NCBI GenBank assembly: GCA_028534125.1
Contig: CM052832.1
Location: forward strand, 8,124,001-8,188,000
Direction: 5' to 3'
Origin: Lama glama
Taxonomy: Eukaryota
Length of the DNA: 64,000 nucleotides
Made by a program: the position numbers and the translations under genes. Within the stretch, counting starts at the first letter, position 1. Each line of letters starts with the position of its first letter. Positions 1-11,330 of this stretch are shown one piece after another. A model generated the notes under the pieces. That model had not been told where the DNA came from. It saw only the letters and a list, made by a program, of their open reading frames with translations, and ran no database searches.

Positions 1-3000
1 TGGTACTCTGTTGGGCACTGAATATAATTATGTAGACTCTTGTCAGCATCTAGAATCTTACATGATGCAAGAGTCCTTTGAAGCCTATCCTGCCCCACTC
101 CTGTCTGGGGCGATGATGACACCTGGACCCACATAAGATGGATTTTCCTATTGTTTTTGTTACTTGGATAATTCTTATGGCCACGTAGGGGCTTGGGAGG
201 ATCTCAAAAATAAGTTACCATTGATCCTTCCTTTTTAGAGGCTGATGGTTGGTTCTGGGTTGTGGCTTACCCTGGTGCGATTTTACACGTGTATTAACAA
301 TGACAGCCAGCTTGTACAAGAGGATTATGATTCAGATCCCAGAAATGTTGCTATGGGTCAGGTGTGCTCTCTTACTAAGAAAGGTGCCACATAGCTTATT
401 ATTCATCAGGGAAACACAACTCAGAGTGGGAAAGTCTCCTTGTCAAAAACTTAAAAAAAGAATCATCTAGGTCTTTAGGAAAAAGGGCGCACTTTTCCAT
501 GTCTACATTAAACTGAAAAACACTTTCAGGACTGAGTGATCTTAAAGAGACACTCATAGTGCTGCCCTGAGAATCAGGGAGTGAGGCTGCCCTCCCTGGT
601 CAGGATCTGGGAAACAAACTGCATATGCTGCAGACCTGGGCCCTACTGGTTAATTCAGAGAGGGATTTTCCACTTGAGAATGAGTCCTTACGTGAGTGAA
701 GCTAAACCATTTTCATTTCTGTGCCCCTTTGCTCTTCCCAGTGACTCTTGCTGGACAGAATCACTGAGACCAGGAGAAGTGGTTTCCAAGGTCACAGACT
801 GAGCAGGAGAGGAGGGAAGAGAGGGGTGAAGGAGATTCACTTTCTTTCAGATTTTTGGCTTCTTGTTTCCCTAACCCCTGCCTGCCTGCCTGCCTACCTG
901 ACAGTTCCATAAACCTGGCTCCTTGCCACTGGCTTGGTAGAGGTACTAATAGGAAAGAAATACGGATGTGATTAGGTAGAACTCAGCTTTGCCTTGTGCT
1001 GTTTTTCTGAGTTTGACCATACTGAGAATGTTACAAACTTATTTCTGAAACTATAGGTGTTTGCATACCTGTGAGGTGGGGATGGTGGGAGAGCAAAGCT
1101 AGGATAGATAAAATCTACACATTGAAAAACCAGCTTGAATAGTTAAAAATTGTCAGGTATTGTTCAGAACCATGATTTTAAATACTTCTGTAACAAGGTG
1201 GAGCAAACAAATATACAGGTTAGGTAAATAAACAGAGATAAGAACCCTGAAACATTTTTTTCTTTGTGAATCAAATTGAGAACCAGTTCCTTACTGGTAG
1301 CCAGAGTAGAAACAGCCCATTGTGCTGTTGAGAAATGCTGTGAGCACTCACACCTTTGCGGGTGATCAGAGTCAGCTTCAGCACTGGTCCTAGGCCACTC
1401 TGGGCGTAGCGTAGATATCTGTTGCAAAGACAGCTTTTAAATTCCTGAGTTTTAAAAGATTATGTGGCAGCTTTGACAGAGGAGCAAGTGTACTTGCACT
1501 GTGTGGAGTACGTTTGTTTCCAGGAGGTTTGCTAGTGGAGACAGCAGCATCTCGGCCATGCAGATGTTGTGCCAGGTGTAATAGAAACAACCTTCTACCC
1601 TTCCTCGGACAAGTCAACAGTTCGCTTAACACTTCAGACTTCATTTCTCCATCTGCAAAATGGCACTTACTCTGTTGAACCCTTAGAACTGCCCAAAATC
1701 ACCCTCTGAAAACTGTTGGTCTTTGTTTTTGTCTTTCCATTGGGTGCTCAGGAAAGAAATCATCCAAGAAAGTGATCTATGTGAATTTGAGCCTTGTATT
1801 ATGTTACACTTGTGTGAGGTTAAAAAAAACCCACAAAACTTCCTGGAAGAGAATCCTTCCAGGACAAAATAGTAATGAGTATTTAAGCAACAAATAAATA
1901 AGAGCACTTTTTGGTCCGGAATGATTGGCGTGAAACCTGCAGGAGATAGGAGGTGTTGTCAGCATGACAGGGCGGAGGATCCAGGGAATTCCCTTGTTTT
2001 GATTCCTCAAAGCTGCCAGGCCTCTGCTTTTTCCTGCTGTGATTTAAGAAGGGCATTTACATCCTTACACTCAGCAGAGTTTGGCCTTTTTGCGGCTGGG
2101 CCTTGTACTTGATTTCTCTTAGTGTTTCTTTTTCTTTTCTGTCACTTACCAGCAGAATCTCCTTTAAACACTGTTTTATGATTGTGCTGAACTTTTTTAT
2201 TTGCTTTTTGTCTTTTTTCTTTAGAACCCATTCCTCTTGAAAAGCTTTTAAAATGTAGATAACAGGCCAGGCAGTAAAAATGACAGTTGTTCAGGAAGAA
2301 ACAATGTATAAATATATATGAATCTGTGATACTAAGTACAACATTTTGCTGATTCCTAAAGCTCAAGTAATGATACTTTGCAGCTTTTGACAAAGCATCA
2401 GAGGCATAGACTCTTCCTGTCTGCTTTTCTAGTCTCTGTGTATTAAAATTAGCTAAAAATGAGCTCTCAGTGTCTTGGACGCCCCCCTAAGTCACCAGGA
2501 GCCTGGGTGAAAGGCATGAGAAACATCACCAACCCCACCCCCCCAGCCTGGAGCCTGTCTGGAGCTGGAGGATGAATTGCAATTGCAGATGCATTTTATG
2601 CATTTAACAGATACTCACTGAACTCTTGTTTGTATGCCAGGCGCTGTTCTAGGTCATGAGCATGCAAGGAATGAACAGGGCGGGCCTGGTCCCTGCCCTC
2701 ACAGAGAGTACTTCCAATGGGACCTATGAGGTCATGCTAGGTGAAAAACTCACCTCTGTCCCTGAAATCTACAGTCCTCCTTGGCCTCCACAACCAAAGG
2801 GAGATCTTAATGTTAAACCAGGATGGAAAATGAGCATGATCTTTGGATTGTGTTAGGTAATTTCTCTCCGTCTCTCTCTTGCTCTCTCCTTTCCTTCTCT
2901 TGCCCTCTCCGCACCCCCCCCCCCCAGTGGTTGTGATTCATGCTCTAAACCTGGAGGGCATTGCTCAGTGCTGACCAGGAAGTGGCATGAAAAGCCATCC

Positions 3001-4824
3001 CTGGCACTAGAGTTTTCTGAATACCTGGCTTCCTCCGAGTGAGAGTTTGGAGGAGGAAATATCATTGGGGTTAGCTTCCTGTGCAAACACAAGATTCAGG
3101 ATAACATTGCTTGTGAAACAAAGCATTATATATAGACTGATCTGAAGTGAATCAGAGCCTGTGTCTACAGGTTGGATTTATGCTAGGAAGTAACATCAGG
3201 GGCAGTCAAAATTGCTTCAAAGTAAATTTCTGCCTCCATTACTCTTCCCCGATCTGAACCAGTTGTTTGTTTAGTGGTGGGATATGGTGTTTTTCCACAG
3301 TGGGCAGTGAGGCACCAGGCCTGGGAGATGATTTCAGGGGCTTGTGAATGTAGCATGGGCTAATCTTCCATGGCCAGCACCATGGTTCTTCTAAAGCATG
3401 TTTACATGTGATGTGCTGGTTCCTGATACACAGAGAAGAACTCCAGTGTCTGGATTTCCCTGTGCGATGCCATAGGTGGGGGATCTGTCTTTCTTTTGGC
3501 TACCTTGTTTATTTTATTCGTCAAATATTTATTGCACTGTTACTCTATCAGGACCTGCTGGGATCTTTTGCTGGGGTGGCAATAGAGGGGACCACAGATT
3601 TTTCTGTATACAAATATATTTGGTCCTTTTCTGCTTTCAAGTTCATAGGAATGCTTACTGCTGTTCATTTGATGTCTTTAAGTCCTTTGGGTCTGGAGGT
3701 CACTATCAGATCCACCAAAGAGCTAGTGAAAAGTCTTTGAATTAGGCCTTTTCTTGTGAAGTGCTCCCTAGAGACGTGAATGTATTACTCTTGTGTATGA
3801 GGGCAGTACAAATAATCCTGAGTCTGTGGGATTCCTAAATTCCTGTAGTGAGTTCAGAGGCCATGTTGTCAAGATCTCTGTGGTTTCTGAGTTGTGGATA
3901 GTGAATAGCAAGAACTAGAATGTTCAGGGATGTCAGCCTTATCTCCAAAAAAAAAAGAAAGAAAAAGAAAAGAAATCTAAATTTATTCTGTGTCTGAATT
4001 TGGATAGTGAAAGCTGGGCCAGTGAGAGTTCCTTTGGCTAGGGACACCCAGGCATCCTAGGTGTGCAACGCTGCTGGCAACGGATGCTGCAGCCTTACAC
4101 AGAGCTTCTCAGAGGAGATATGTTTAGAGCTGGGGCAGATTTCGCTGGACATAGATGAGCCCAGGTTATAGGGATGGCTTATGAGCAAGGCAAAGAGAGG
4201 AGGCCTGGGTTTGGGTCTGTGCACAGACTGCTCTGCAGATTTTATTTTAGGGAAGTACCTTAAACATTGGGGCTTGTTATTCCCAAGTCAGAGAAGTTCT
4301 GGGAAGTCCCCAGGCGCTTCTGCATTTCTCGGACTTGTGGTGCAGTGTGGAGAGGCTGGGTGTCAAGTTCTTGGGAGAGGGGACGTGGGTGGCACCAGAC
4401 TAATTGTGAGGGCTCAGTGGAGGAGCTGGGGGAGTCTCTTTTCTCCCAGGGAGTGAGAGCAGGGGCCCGCCAGCATCCATCGGATGGATGGGAAGGCATG
4501 GCTGAAACTGGAGGGAGGTAACTGCAGCCTGGACCAGAAGGACTGCTTTTCAGAGCTCCTTTCTTTTCCCCCTGAAAGCCAGTCTTCCATTATTGCTCAG
4601 AGTGTAACGCTCTTGTTGCCACCTACCCTACGAATTGTCTTCAAAGCCTAAATTGGATTAAAGAGAATAACTTTTACCTGGTGTTCTTCTGCATTTCAGT
4701 TGATTCAGCAAGCAGTGAGTTGGGTCTGAGTGAAATGTGCATGAGATATCAGTATTCTTGATGGGATAAGGATGATCTAACAGTTGGAAAAATACTAATG
4801 TTTAAATTAAATTTACCATGTTAA

Positions 4825-5060
4825 CTGTGTTGAGTAAGAGCGTGGGTTCAGAAAGCCAACTACTGGGGTTCAAATTTCAGCTTTGTCACTCCCAGCTGTG
4901 TGACTTGGGCAAACTATGCGACCTCTCTGGGCCTCATTTCCTCACATATAAAATGAGGCTAATAATAGTGTCCATTTCATAGTTTTTGTGAGGCTTAAAT
5001 GAGATGATGATGTAAAGCATTTAGCCTACTGCCTAACACACTGTAACTACTTGATACATT
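4825..5060 (+). mobile_element. MIR SINE
   Basis: Core ggttcaaatttcagctttgtcact...ctgtgtgacttgggcaa...acctctctgggcctcatttcctcacatataaaatgagg. Confidence 0.85.
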
Positions 5061-6504
5061 TCCATTAAGAAAGAAAACAGAAAAGGACCAGATGACCCTT
5101 ACAGCTGCTTCTCACCCTGAGCCCCTTATGTGAAGTGGGCTTTGTACGGCAGCGTGAGGCCATAGGGCGTGGAGGGAAGACCCCTGGACTGAAGCTGGGG
5201 GCACTTCTGGTTCTGCTTCTGCCCTCAGCTAGTTATGGGGCTTTAGTCCCTTCCTCTGTCTGTCTCTCAGTTTCCTAATCTTTGAAAAGAGACAGCCGTG
5301 AGGTGATGATGATGAAGACCGTAGTAGGTACCGTGTGCGTGCACCGCGCTCCGTGCTTTACACAGCTTCTCACGAGCACCTTATGAGTAGGTGTTCAGAT
5401 GGGGAAGCCCTGTGTTACAGGTGGGGAAGCTGAAGCTCACAGCCCCTTGCCCAGGGCCACTGAGCTGTAAAGGTAAAGCTGGCCTCATCTGATAGTCTTT
5501 GATTCTGTGCATCAGATGTTAATAGTTCTATAAGTTGGCTGCCTGCTTTTGCATGTAGTTTTCTGATCATAATTACATTTCGGCCAATGCTTCCTGGGTT
5601 GTCTCAAGGAAAACACTGGAGAATAAGCTTGCAATTTGAGGCTAAATTGTAGTTTATAAGCATTTCTGGAGTGTTTAGGTATTCCTGTAAAAATGAATAA
5701 TGAGGTTTTCCCTCACCCTTATTGAATAAAACCTTATCTGAGGTGCTTTGAGCTTGTGCAAGGCAAAGCTATGTGTAAATACTACAGTGGTAGAAGCTTT
5801 CTCAACAGAGCTCTTCGAATGAGGCCCTTTGTAGCCAAACCCTTTGATGAAAGAGCAGGCATGCTTTGCCGCTGGAATTGTCGACAGGCTGTAGGTTTTT
5901 CTTAAACATTCCCTTCCCTGTTGCCCAGGTGTTGCAGGAACCTGGGAGTTGCCAGATTTGTTGGCGCTGGGGAGCCTCGGGCTCGAGTTTCTGCAGCCTG
6001 GAGTCAACAGCGTTGGGTTGGTGTTTGCTCTTTCATCTCCCACTTCCTCTCCCAAACCGCACTTTCAGCCGCAGGATGGTGTAGGTAGTTCTGTGTTATG
6101 TTGTTGTTTGGGAGACTGATCCAGATGGAGACCTTGGTTCGTGACTTGGCAAGGGCATCCTTTGGCTCTACTTGGCTAACCACGAGCTGTCCAGGTGTTC
6201 TGGCTTTTACATTTGGGGGAAAGGTGATATGGTGACAGACAACCTGGACAGTTGCTCAGATAATCTGCTTTCTCCCACGAAGTAAAAGTTCTGGTTCCAG
6301 GAGGCATGTGAGTGTCAACAAGGGTACCAGGAGGCAGGTGTGGAGGGCTTGGGAAGTGGTCCCTGCCTGGGTGTGTCCCAGAGGACTCATGCTCTCCTGC
6401 TGCCTGTGGAAGTGATGTAATGGTGAAGGCATTCTCTGAGCTGTGGTGCTACCTACTGCAAGAACTGTTGTGGGCCATTCCAGCTCTCTGACCCCGGAGA
6501 GAAT

Positions 6505-6520
6505 ATGACTCAGCAAAATT
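6505..6520 (+). promoter_or_regulatory. Consensus ARE/MARE motif (NRF2/BACH1-small Maf type)
   Basis: ATGACTCAGCA followed by the AT-rich flank AAATT. Motif match only. Confidence 0.5.
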
Positions 6521-6659
6521 GTAGCCGGAATTCCATCTAATCATCTGTGTATCTTTTAACCACTAAGATTTATATTTAGTGACTGATGATCCTGTGCTCA
6601 AAGTTCCATCTCCCACATGAGTCCCCAACAGTCTTTTTTTCCCCCCAACACTCTCTTGC

Positions 6660-6720
6660 CAAAAAATAAAAATAAAAATAAAAAACAAACCAACAAAAAA
6701 ACAAAACAAAACAAAAAAAC
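6660..6720 (+). repeat. A-rich (AAAAAT/AAAAC)n simple repeat
   Basis: Directly visible. Confidence 0.9.
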
Positions 6721-6781
6721 CCCTGGCTCTGAGTGAGGACATTGACTTAGAAATAAATCCTTTCCCCCTCTTTCCCTGCAG

Positions 6782-6802
6782 GATTTGCCCTCTTGGGATC
6801 CC
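6782..6802 (+). other. MRPL14: 5'UTR part of the MRPL14 first coding exon; the promoter and non-coding first exon lie upstream of the window
   Basis: Lies between the AG acceptor (6780-6781) and the ATG. No CpG-island promoter is visible in 1-6780. Confidence 0.8.
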
Positions 6803-6873
6803 ATGGCTTTCTTTACTGGGCTCTCAGGCCCCTTCCCCCACTTGAGCAGAGCACTCAGCCAGCGCTGTTTCAG
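6803..6873 (+). CDS. MRPL14: Mitochondrial ribosomal protein L14 (uL14m), first coding exon (N-terminal targeting region MAFFTGLSGPFPHLSRALSQRCF)
   Basis: Pyrimidine tract and CAG acceptor end at 6781; ATG at 6803 (gatcccATGG); donor CAG|GTAACT after 6873. The 71-nt coding part splices in frame to 8895. The peptide resembles the recalled human MRPL14 N-terminus (MAFFTGLWGPF...HCFSTTGSL). Confidence 0.95.
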
Positions 6874-7339
6874 GTAACTTCCCGTTAAGTTCTTAAAGCT
6901 ATGTTTCTGAGTGAGCCTCCCATCAGGGCTGGGTATTTTGGTGACTAAAGCAGGAGTGGAAACTGGGGGAGGTGGGCTTGGGGTCAGGGAAGGCTAAGGG
7001 AATAGGTGGAGCTGGGATTTGGTCAAGCCAGGTGAGGGGGAGAGGTAAGGTTCTGTTGGAGGCAGGATCAGGAAGGGAGATGGAGGAAGATGAAATCTCC
7101 ATCCTTGCAGGCTTTTGTAGTGAATCTGACATCTCTCGACACTGTCACCCCCCCAGTACATTAACACTCTCTCTTTTAAAAATGAAATCTTTTTTTTTTC
7201 TAAATCACATGCTTATTAGCAAAAACTCAAGCATGATGGAAGTGTGACAACCTCCCCCTTCCCCGTTTGGATGCTAAGCCAGGGCAGAGAGCATGGGTTG
7301 CATTCCTGTTGGCAAACATGCCTTTTGGCCCTGTTCGAA

Positions 7340-8290
7340 CACTCATTCCACAAGCGTTTACTGAGCCCTGTGCCTGGGGTTGGTCACAGAGAGATGAATA
7401 AGAATTGCTTCCTGCCCTGGAAGAGTTCTCACAGTTGGCCATGGGAGCAAACTTGGAAACAAATAACTCTAAGAAAACGTGGCCAGTATAATAATAGAGG
7501 CTTGTACAGTTCTTTGGAAGGCCTGAGACAGGGGTTGCTAATGGAGGAGGTGGAGGAGGAGAAAAGGAGGGTGGAGGCGGCCTTCCCAGAAGGGAAGTGG
7601 GGGCAGGCCCCATCCCCGAAAGGCCAGGCATCCCTGGAGAGCTCCAGGGGTTCTGGGCCACAGAGTGGATGTGTGAGTGGTAGGAGATGGTGGACCTCAG
7701 AAGGCAGGTAAGTTGGGGCCAGGCTGTTGACAGTTAGACAGTGGGGATCACTGAGTAATCCTAAGCAGAGGAGGGGCCTCCGTTTTATATTCTAAGAAGG
7801 GCTCTTAGTTGGCAGAGTGAGGTGCACAGGGAGCCGGTTAGGCCACTAACAGGTCTTGGTGCGGGAGAGTGAGCTGCTGGATAAAGAAGTGTCGACAGGG
7901 GTGGAGGGAAGGGACACAGGTGTTCAGGAGGTGGTATCAGTGGGATGAGGCAGCCAGTGGACTATTGATGGAGAGAGGTTTATGGCTTGGGAGCTGGAGT
8001 GTCTGGAGGAGCCACTATCTAGGCAGGAAACGCAGCAGCGGGAGGAGGTTTGCGGGGGTGGGGGTGATGAGGTCACTGTGGGACCTGCTGAGATGGCAAC
8101 ATCTGTAAGACACGTGCGGAGTTAGAGTGGAAATACAGGACCAGAGTATAGGAGAGAAGAGGGGCTGGAGATGGGCTCTACTAGCTGGAAGGAAGGGGAC
8201 TAGGGAACGTTGCCCAGGGTGGGCATGTGGAGTGAGAGGAGAGGACCTGGGTGCCCCTGGAGAACACAGCACTAAGGGCTGGGCGTCAGG
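7340..8290 (-). mobile_element. L2 LINE 3' fragment in the MRPL14 intron
   Basis: Begins cattccacaagcgtttactgagc...gatgaataaga...cctgccctgg (antisense L2 3' end), followed by purine-rich L2-like body. Confidence 0.65.
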
Positions 8291-8894
8291 AAACTAGAAT
8301 TCCCACTGCCAATCAGATTGCTTAATAATAGCTTTTCTGCCCTTAATAGGTACTATTTCTAGTGGAGAAAAATGTATTAAAACAAAAGATTGTTATCTTG
8401 CCTTATTTTCAGTTTCTGCTATGTTGTGTCGAGGGACTCACTTAGCAAACACACTCACTTGTCTCCTCTGGTTCCCAACAACATGTAGATGGACATGTGG
8501 GGATCGGTATATTCTGGGGGAGCAGGTTTTGCAGGCTAGGCAGTGGGCGGGGCGGGGCCCATAAGGTATTCCCTTAATCCTCAGAGTCCTTTTGGAAACC
8601 AAAGGCTATAAGTTAAGGCTGCCATGAAGTTCATTTGTAACAGAAAATTGGGTCCTCTTTAAAACCCATCCAGATTGAGGTGCTGACCAGGCAGCAGCAG
8701 CTGTAAGGAGCTGCGAGGGCACTGCCGTGGGCACAGAGAAGTCTTCACAGGCACTGCCTCTGCTGGGGCCCTGGCCGTGCTCCGTCCGGCATGTTGGTCA
8801 TGTGCACGGTCGGTCTCCAAAGCCTTGCCTGGCAGAGGCCTCTGCGCCCTGATCGAGCGACATGCAGACCTCGGCTTTTTTTCCCTTCCACCAG

Positions 8895-9261
8895 CACCAC
8901 TGGGAGCCTCGGTGCAATTCAGAAGATGACGCGGGTGCGTGTGGTGGACAACAGCGCCCTGGGGAACACCCCATACCATCGTCCGCCTCGCTGCATCCAC
9001 GTCTATAACAAGAACGGGGTGGGCAAGGTGGGTGACCGGATCCTGCTGGCCATCAAGGGGCAGAAGAAAAAGGCGCTCATTGTGGGGCATCGCATGCCCG
9101 GCCCCCAGATGACCCCCAGGTTTGATTCCAACAACGTGGTGCTCATCGAGGACAATGGGAACCCTGTGGGGACCCGAATCAAGATACCCATCCCAACCAG
9201 CCTGCGCCAGAGGGAAGGCGAGTTTTCCAAGGTGCTGGCCATTGCTCAGAACTTCGTGTGA
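8895..9261 (+). CDS. MRPL14: Mitochondrial ribosomal protein L14 (uL14m), last coding exon
   Basis: Acceptor ctttttttcccttccaccAG ends at 8894. Encodes [24 protein letters not shown]...[20 protein letters not shown]...[10 protein letters not shown], carrying the uL14 signature motifs. 71+367 nt = 145 aa plus stop. Confidence 0.98.
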
Positions 9262-9359
9262 GCAGAGCCCTGGCCCCGGCCACAGGGGGCTTGTGAAAGG
9301 AGCCCTTCCGAGAACTGCACCTGTGCTGAGAGGGAGCCCGCGAAACAGTGTCCTGAGAA

Positions 9360-9365
9360 AATAAA
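9360..9365 (+). terminator. MRPL14: MRPL14 polyadenylation signal AATAAA, with a downstream T/GT-rich element (~9367-9410)
   Basis: AATAAA ~100 nt after the stop codon, followed by tgttctcgtgtccctttctagttttctgggtgtgggtgtgg. Confidence 0.88.
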
Positions 9366-9575
9366 TGTTCTCGTGTCCCTTTCTAGTTTTCTGGGTGTGG
9401 GTGTGGGGTAAGTGGCACTGAAGCAGTTAAGGGTGCCACATGAGACGCGGTCTTTGCACGCAATAGCCCTTGAGCTCAGCCAGGATTATCAGGCTCCGGA
9501 AAACTGAGCTACACGCCAAATGCCAGTTTACAAATGTCCAGCGGAATCTCACTTTCTAACCAGGCAAACCAAAAT

Positions 9576-9605
9576 TGATTAATTAATTAATTAATTAATT
9601 AATCA
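9576..9605. repeat. TGA(TTAA)6TCA, perfect 30-bp palindrome
   Basis: The sequence equals its own reverse complement. Confidence 0.95.
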
Positions 9606-10061
9606 GCCTCCCCAAGTGTCTCCCTGTGTCCGAGGGCTTCAGGTGTTACATGGTTATGCTAGTGACTGGGTGACTGAGTCAGCGTGAATGGGAGCAGAGG
9701 GACCACTTCCTCCATTGGCGCATCACCTCCAGGCTCCGAGAACCCATCCAGTGATCCTTCCTCTGCGGGGAGTGCCCCCTGCTAGGTACCAGGTGCTCCT
9801 CCCTGCCCAGAGCAGACAGCTTCCCATCCTGACTGCTGGGGAAGTGCACTAGCCCTGGTGTTTGCAAAGGACCTCATCGTGGGCCTGTGGAGGGGATTCA
9901 GTAACAGTTTCCCTTCTATGTATTTGTTGGTCTCCTTGGGGAGGTTCAAGGGGGCTCCATTAGTTCTTTTAAATGGAATCTCATCAGCTCATTTCTAAAG
10001 TCACTCAATTATTCATTCAAAGTATCCTGGGCACTTCTCATTAAATATTCCAGTGGCCCCT

Positions 10062-10310
10062 GAGAGGCAGCATAGGATGATGATTAAGAACGCGTGTTCA
10101 GCAGCCAGATGGACTGCTTGGATTCCAATCCCGACTCCACCACTTACCACTTAATGCCTTTGGGCAGGTTATTTAGCTACTAGGTGCCTCCATTTCCTTG
10201 CCTGTAAAACGGGGATATGACAATGGTACCTGCTTGATAGGTTGATGTGAGAATTGAGTGAGCGTCTATGAGTGCGTGGTGACAGTAAGCACTTGATAGG
10301 CATTAGCTGC
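10062..10310 (+). mobile_element. MIR SINE, near full length
   Basis: gagaggcagcatagga...ttaagaacgcgtg...ggattccaatcccgactccaccactta...tgggcaggttattta...ctgtaaaacggggat. Confidence 0.85.
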
Positions 10311-10517
10311 TTTCTGTCATCCCTGTTTCGCAGGTGCCGGTGCTGGGAAACGAAGGTGAGTACAAGCACATGTGCTCTCCTGAGCAGATGGACACGGGCA
10401 GATCCCAGGTGTACCAAGTGCCTGCGATGGAGGCGTTAGACTTTTTCAGAAGGATTGGAGGCAGCCTTCCTGAGAGAGGGCTACATCAGCTGCCTTCTGA
10501 GGAACGAATAGGCATTG

Positions 10518-10717
10518 TGATCAAAGTCGGAAAAGCCGTTACCTGGAGGTGGGGAGGAGTGTAGACTGCACAGGGTACGAGGGAACCTTGTGGGTGTTGG
10601 AAGTGTTCTAAGTCTGGGTCTAGGTGGGAGTCACATGAGTGTATATACATCTGTAAATAATTATTGTGCTATATACTTTTGTTCACTATATGTCCTTCAT
10701 ACCTTAGTAAAAATAAA
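10518..10717 (+). mobile_element. Old L1 (L1MC/MD/ME-like) 3' end
   Basis: Typical 3'UTR text (gagggaaccttgtgggtgttggaagtgttcta...gtgtatatacat...) ending in aaaataaa. Confidence 0.65.
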
Positions 10718-10724
10718 TGGACAG

Positions 10725-11330
10725 GCAATAGCTAGGTGAGAGAGGAGGGGAAAATGTCCCAGGCGGAGGGAAGAGCATGTGCAGAAACTCTGTGGCAGGA
10801 GGGAATGGGGTAAATCCCAGGGACTCAAAGGAAAAGCCAGTTGTGGCTGGAGCAGGGTGAGCAGGAGGAGGTGTGTAGGCTGGGGCTGGAAGAGGTGGGG
10901 CCCGCCATGCAGGGCCTTGTAAGCCTGGGAAAGTTTCCTTATTCTGAGGGCACTGGGACACTGTTATAGAGTATTTAGCAAGCAGGGTTAGAGTGGTGGA
11001 AGGGGAGATACAGCTAGACTGACTCTGTTGAGAGGGGCTAAGGGAGGCCAGAGTGGATGAGTGTAGGCTTTGCATGATGACCTGTTGGATTTGGGTGGTG
11101 TGGTGGAGGAGGAGGGCAGAAGCCTTTAGGGGGTGCATTTGACTGGGCTTGGTAATGCATTGGGATGGTGGGGAAGGGCCAAGAGTGGGTCCCTGGTGTC
11201 TGGCTCCTGTGCTTGGATGGTTGGTCCTGGGTGTCTAGCAGAGGCCCGAGATGGGGAGAGGAGCAGCTGGGCACCTGAATGGAGGTGTCCTTGAGACGTC
11301 CAAACAAGCGATGTCGAGTACATAGCTGGG
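10725..11330 (-). mobile_element. L2 LINE fragment
   Basis: ccaggcggagggaagagcatgtgcagaaactct...ggctggagcaggg...gcagggccttgtaagcc resembles antisense L2. Confidence 0.7.

Noticed and set aside
4825..5480. Inverted MIR pair in the MRPL14 intron as a dsRNA element
   Set aside because: The copies are too diverged for stable pairing, and opposite-strand MIR neighbours are commonplace.
8791..8894. N-terminal extension of the 156-aa ORF ([10 protein letters not shown]...)
   Set aside because: Intronic read-through. A canonical acceptor at 8894 joins the 6803-6873 exon to give the normal 145-aa MRPL14.
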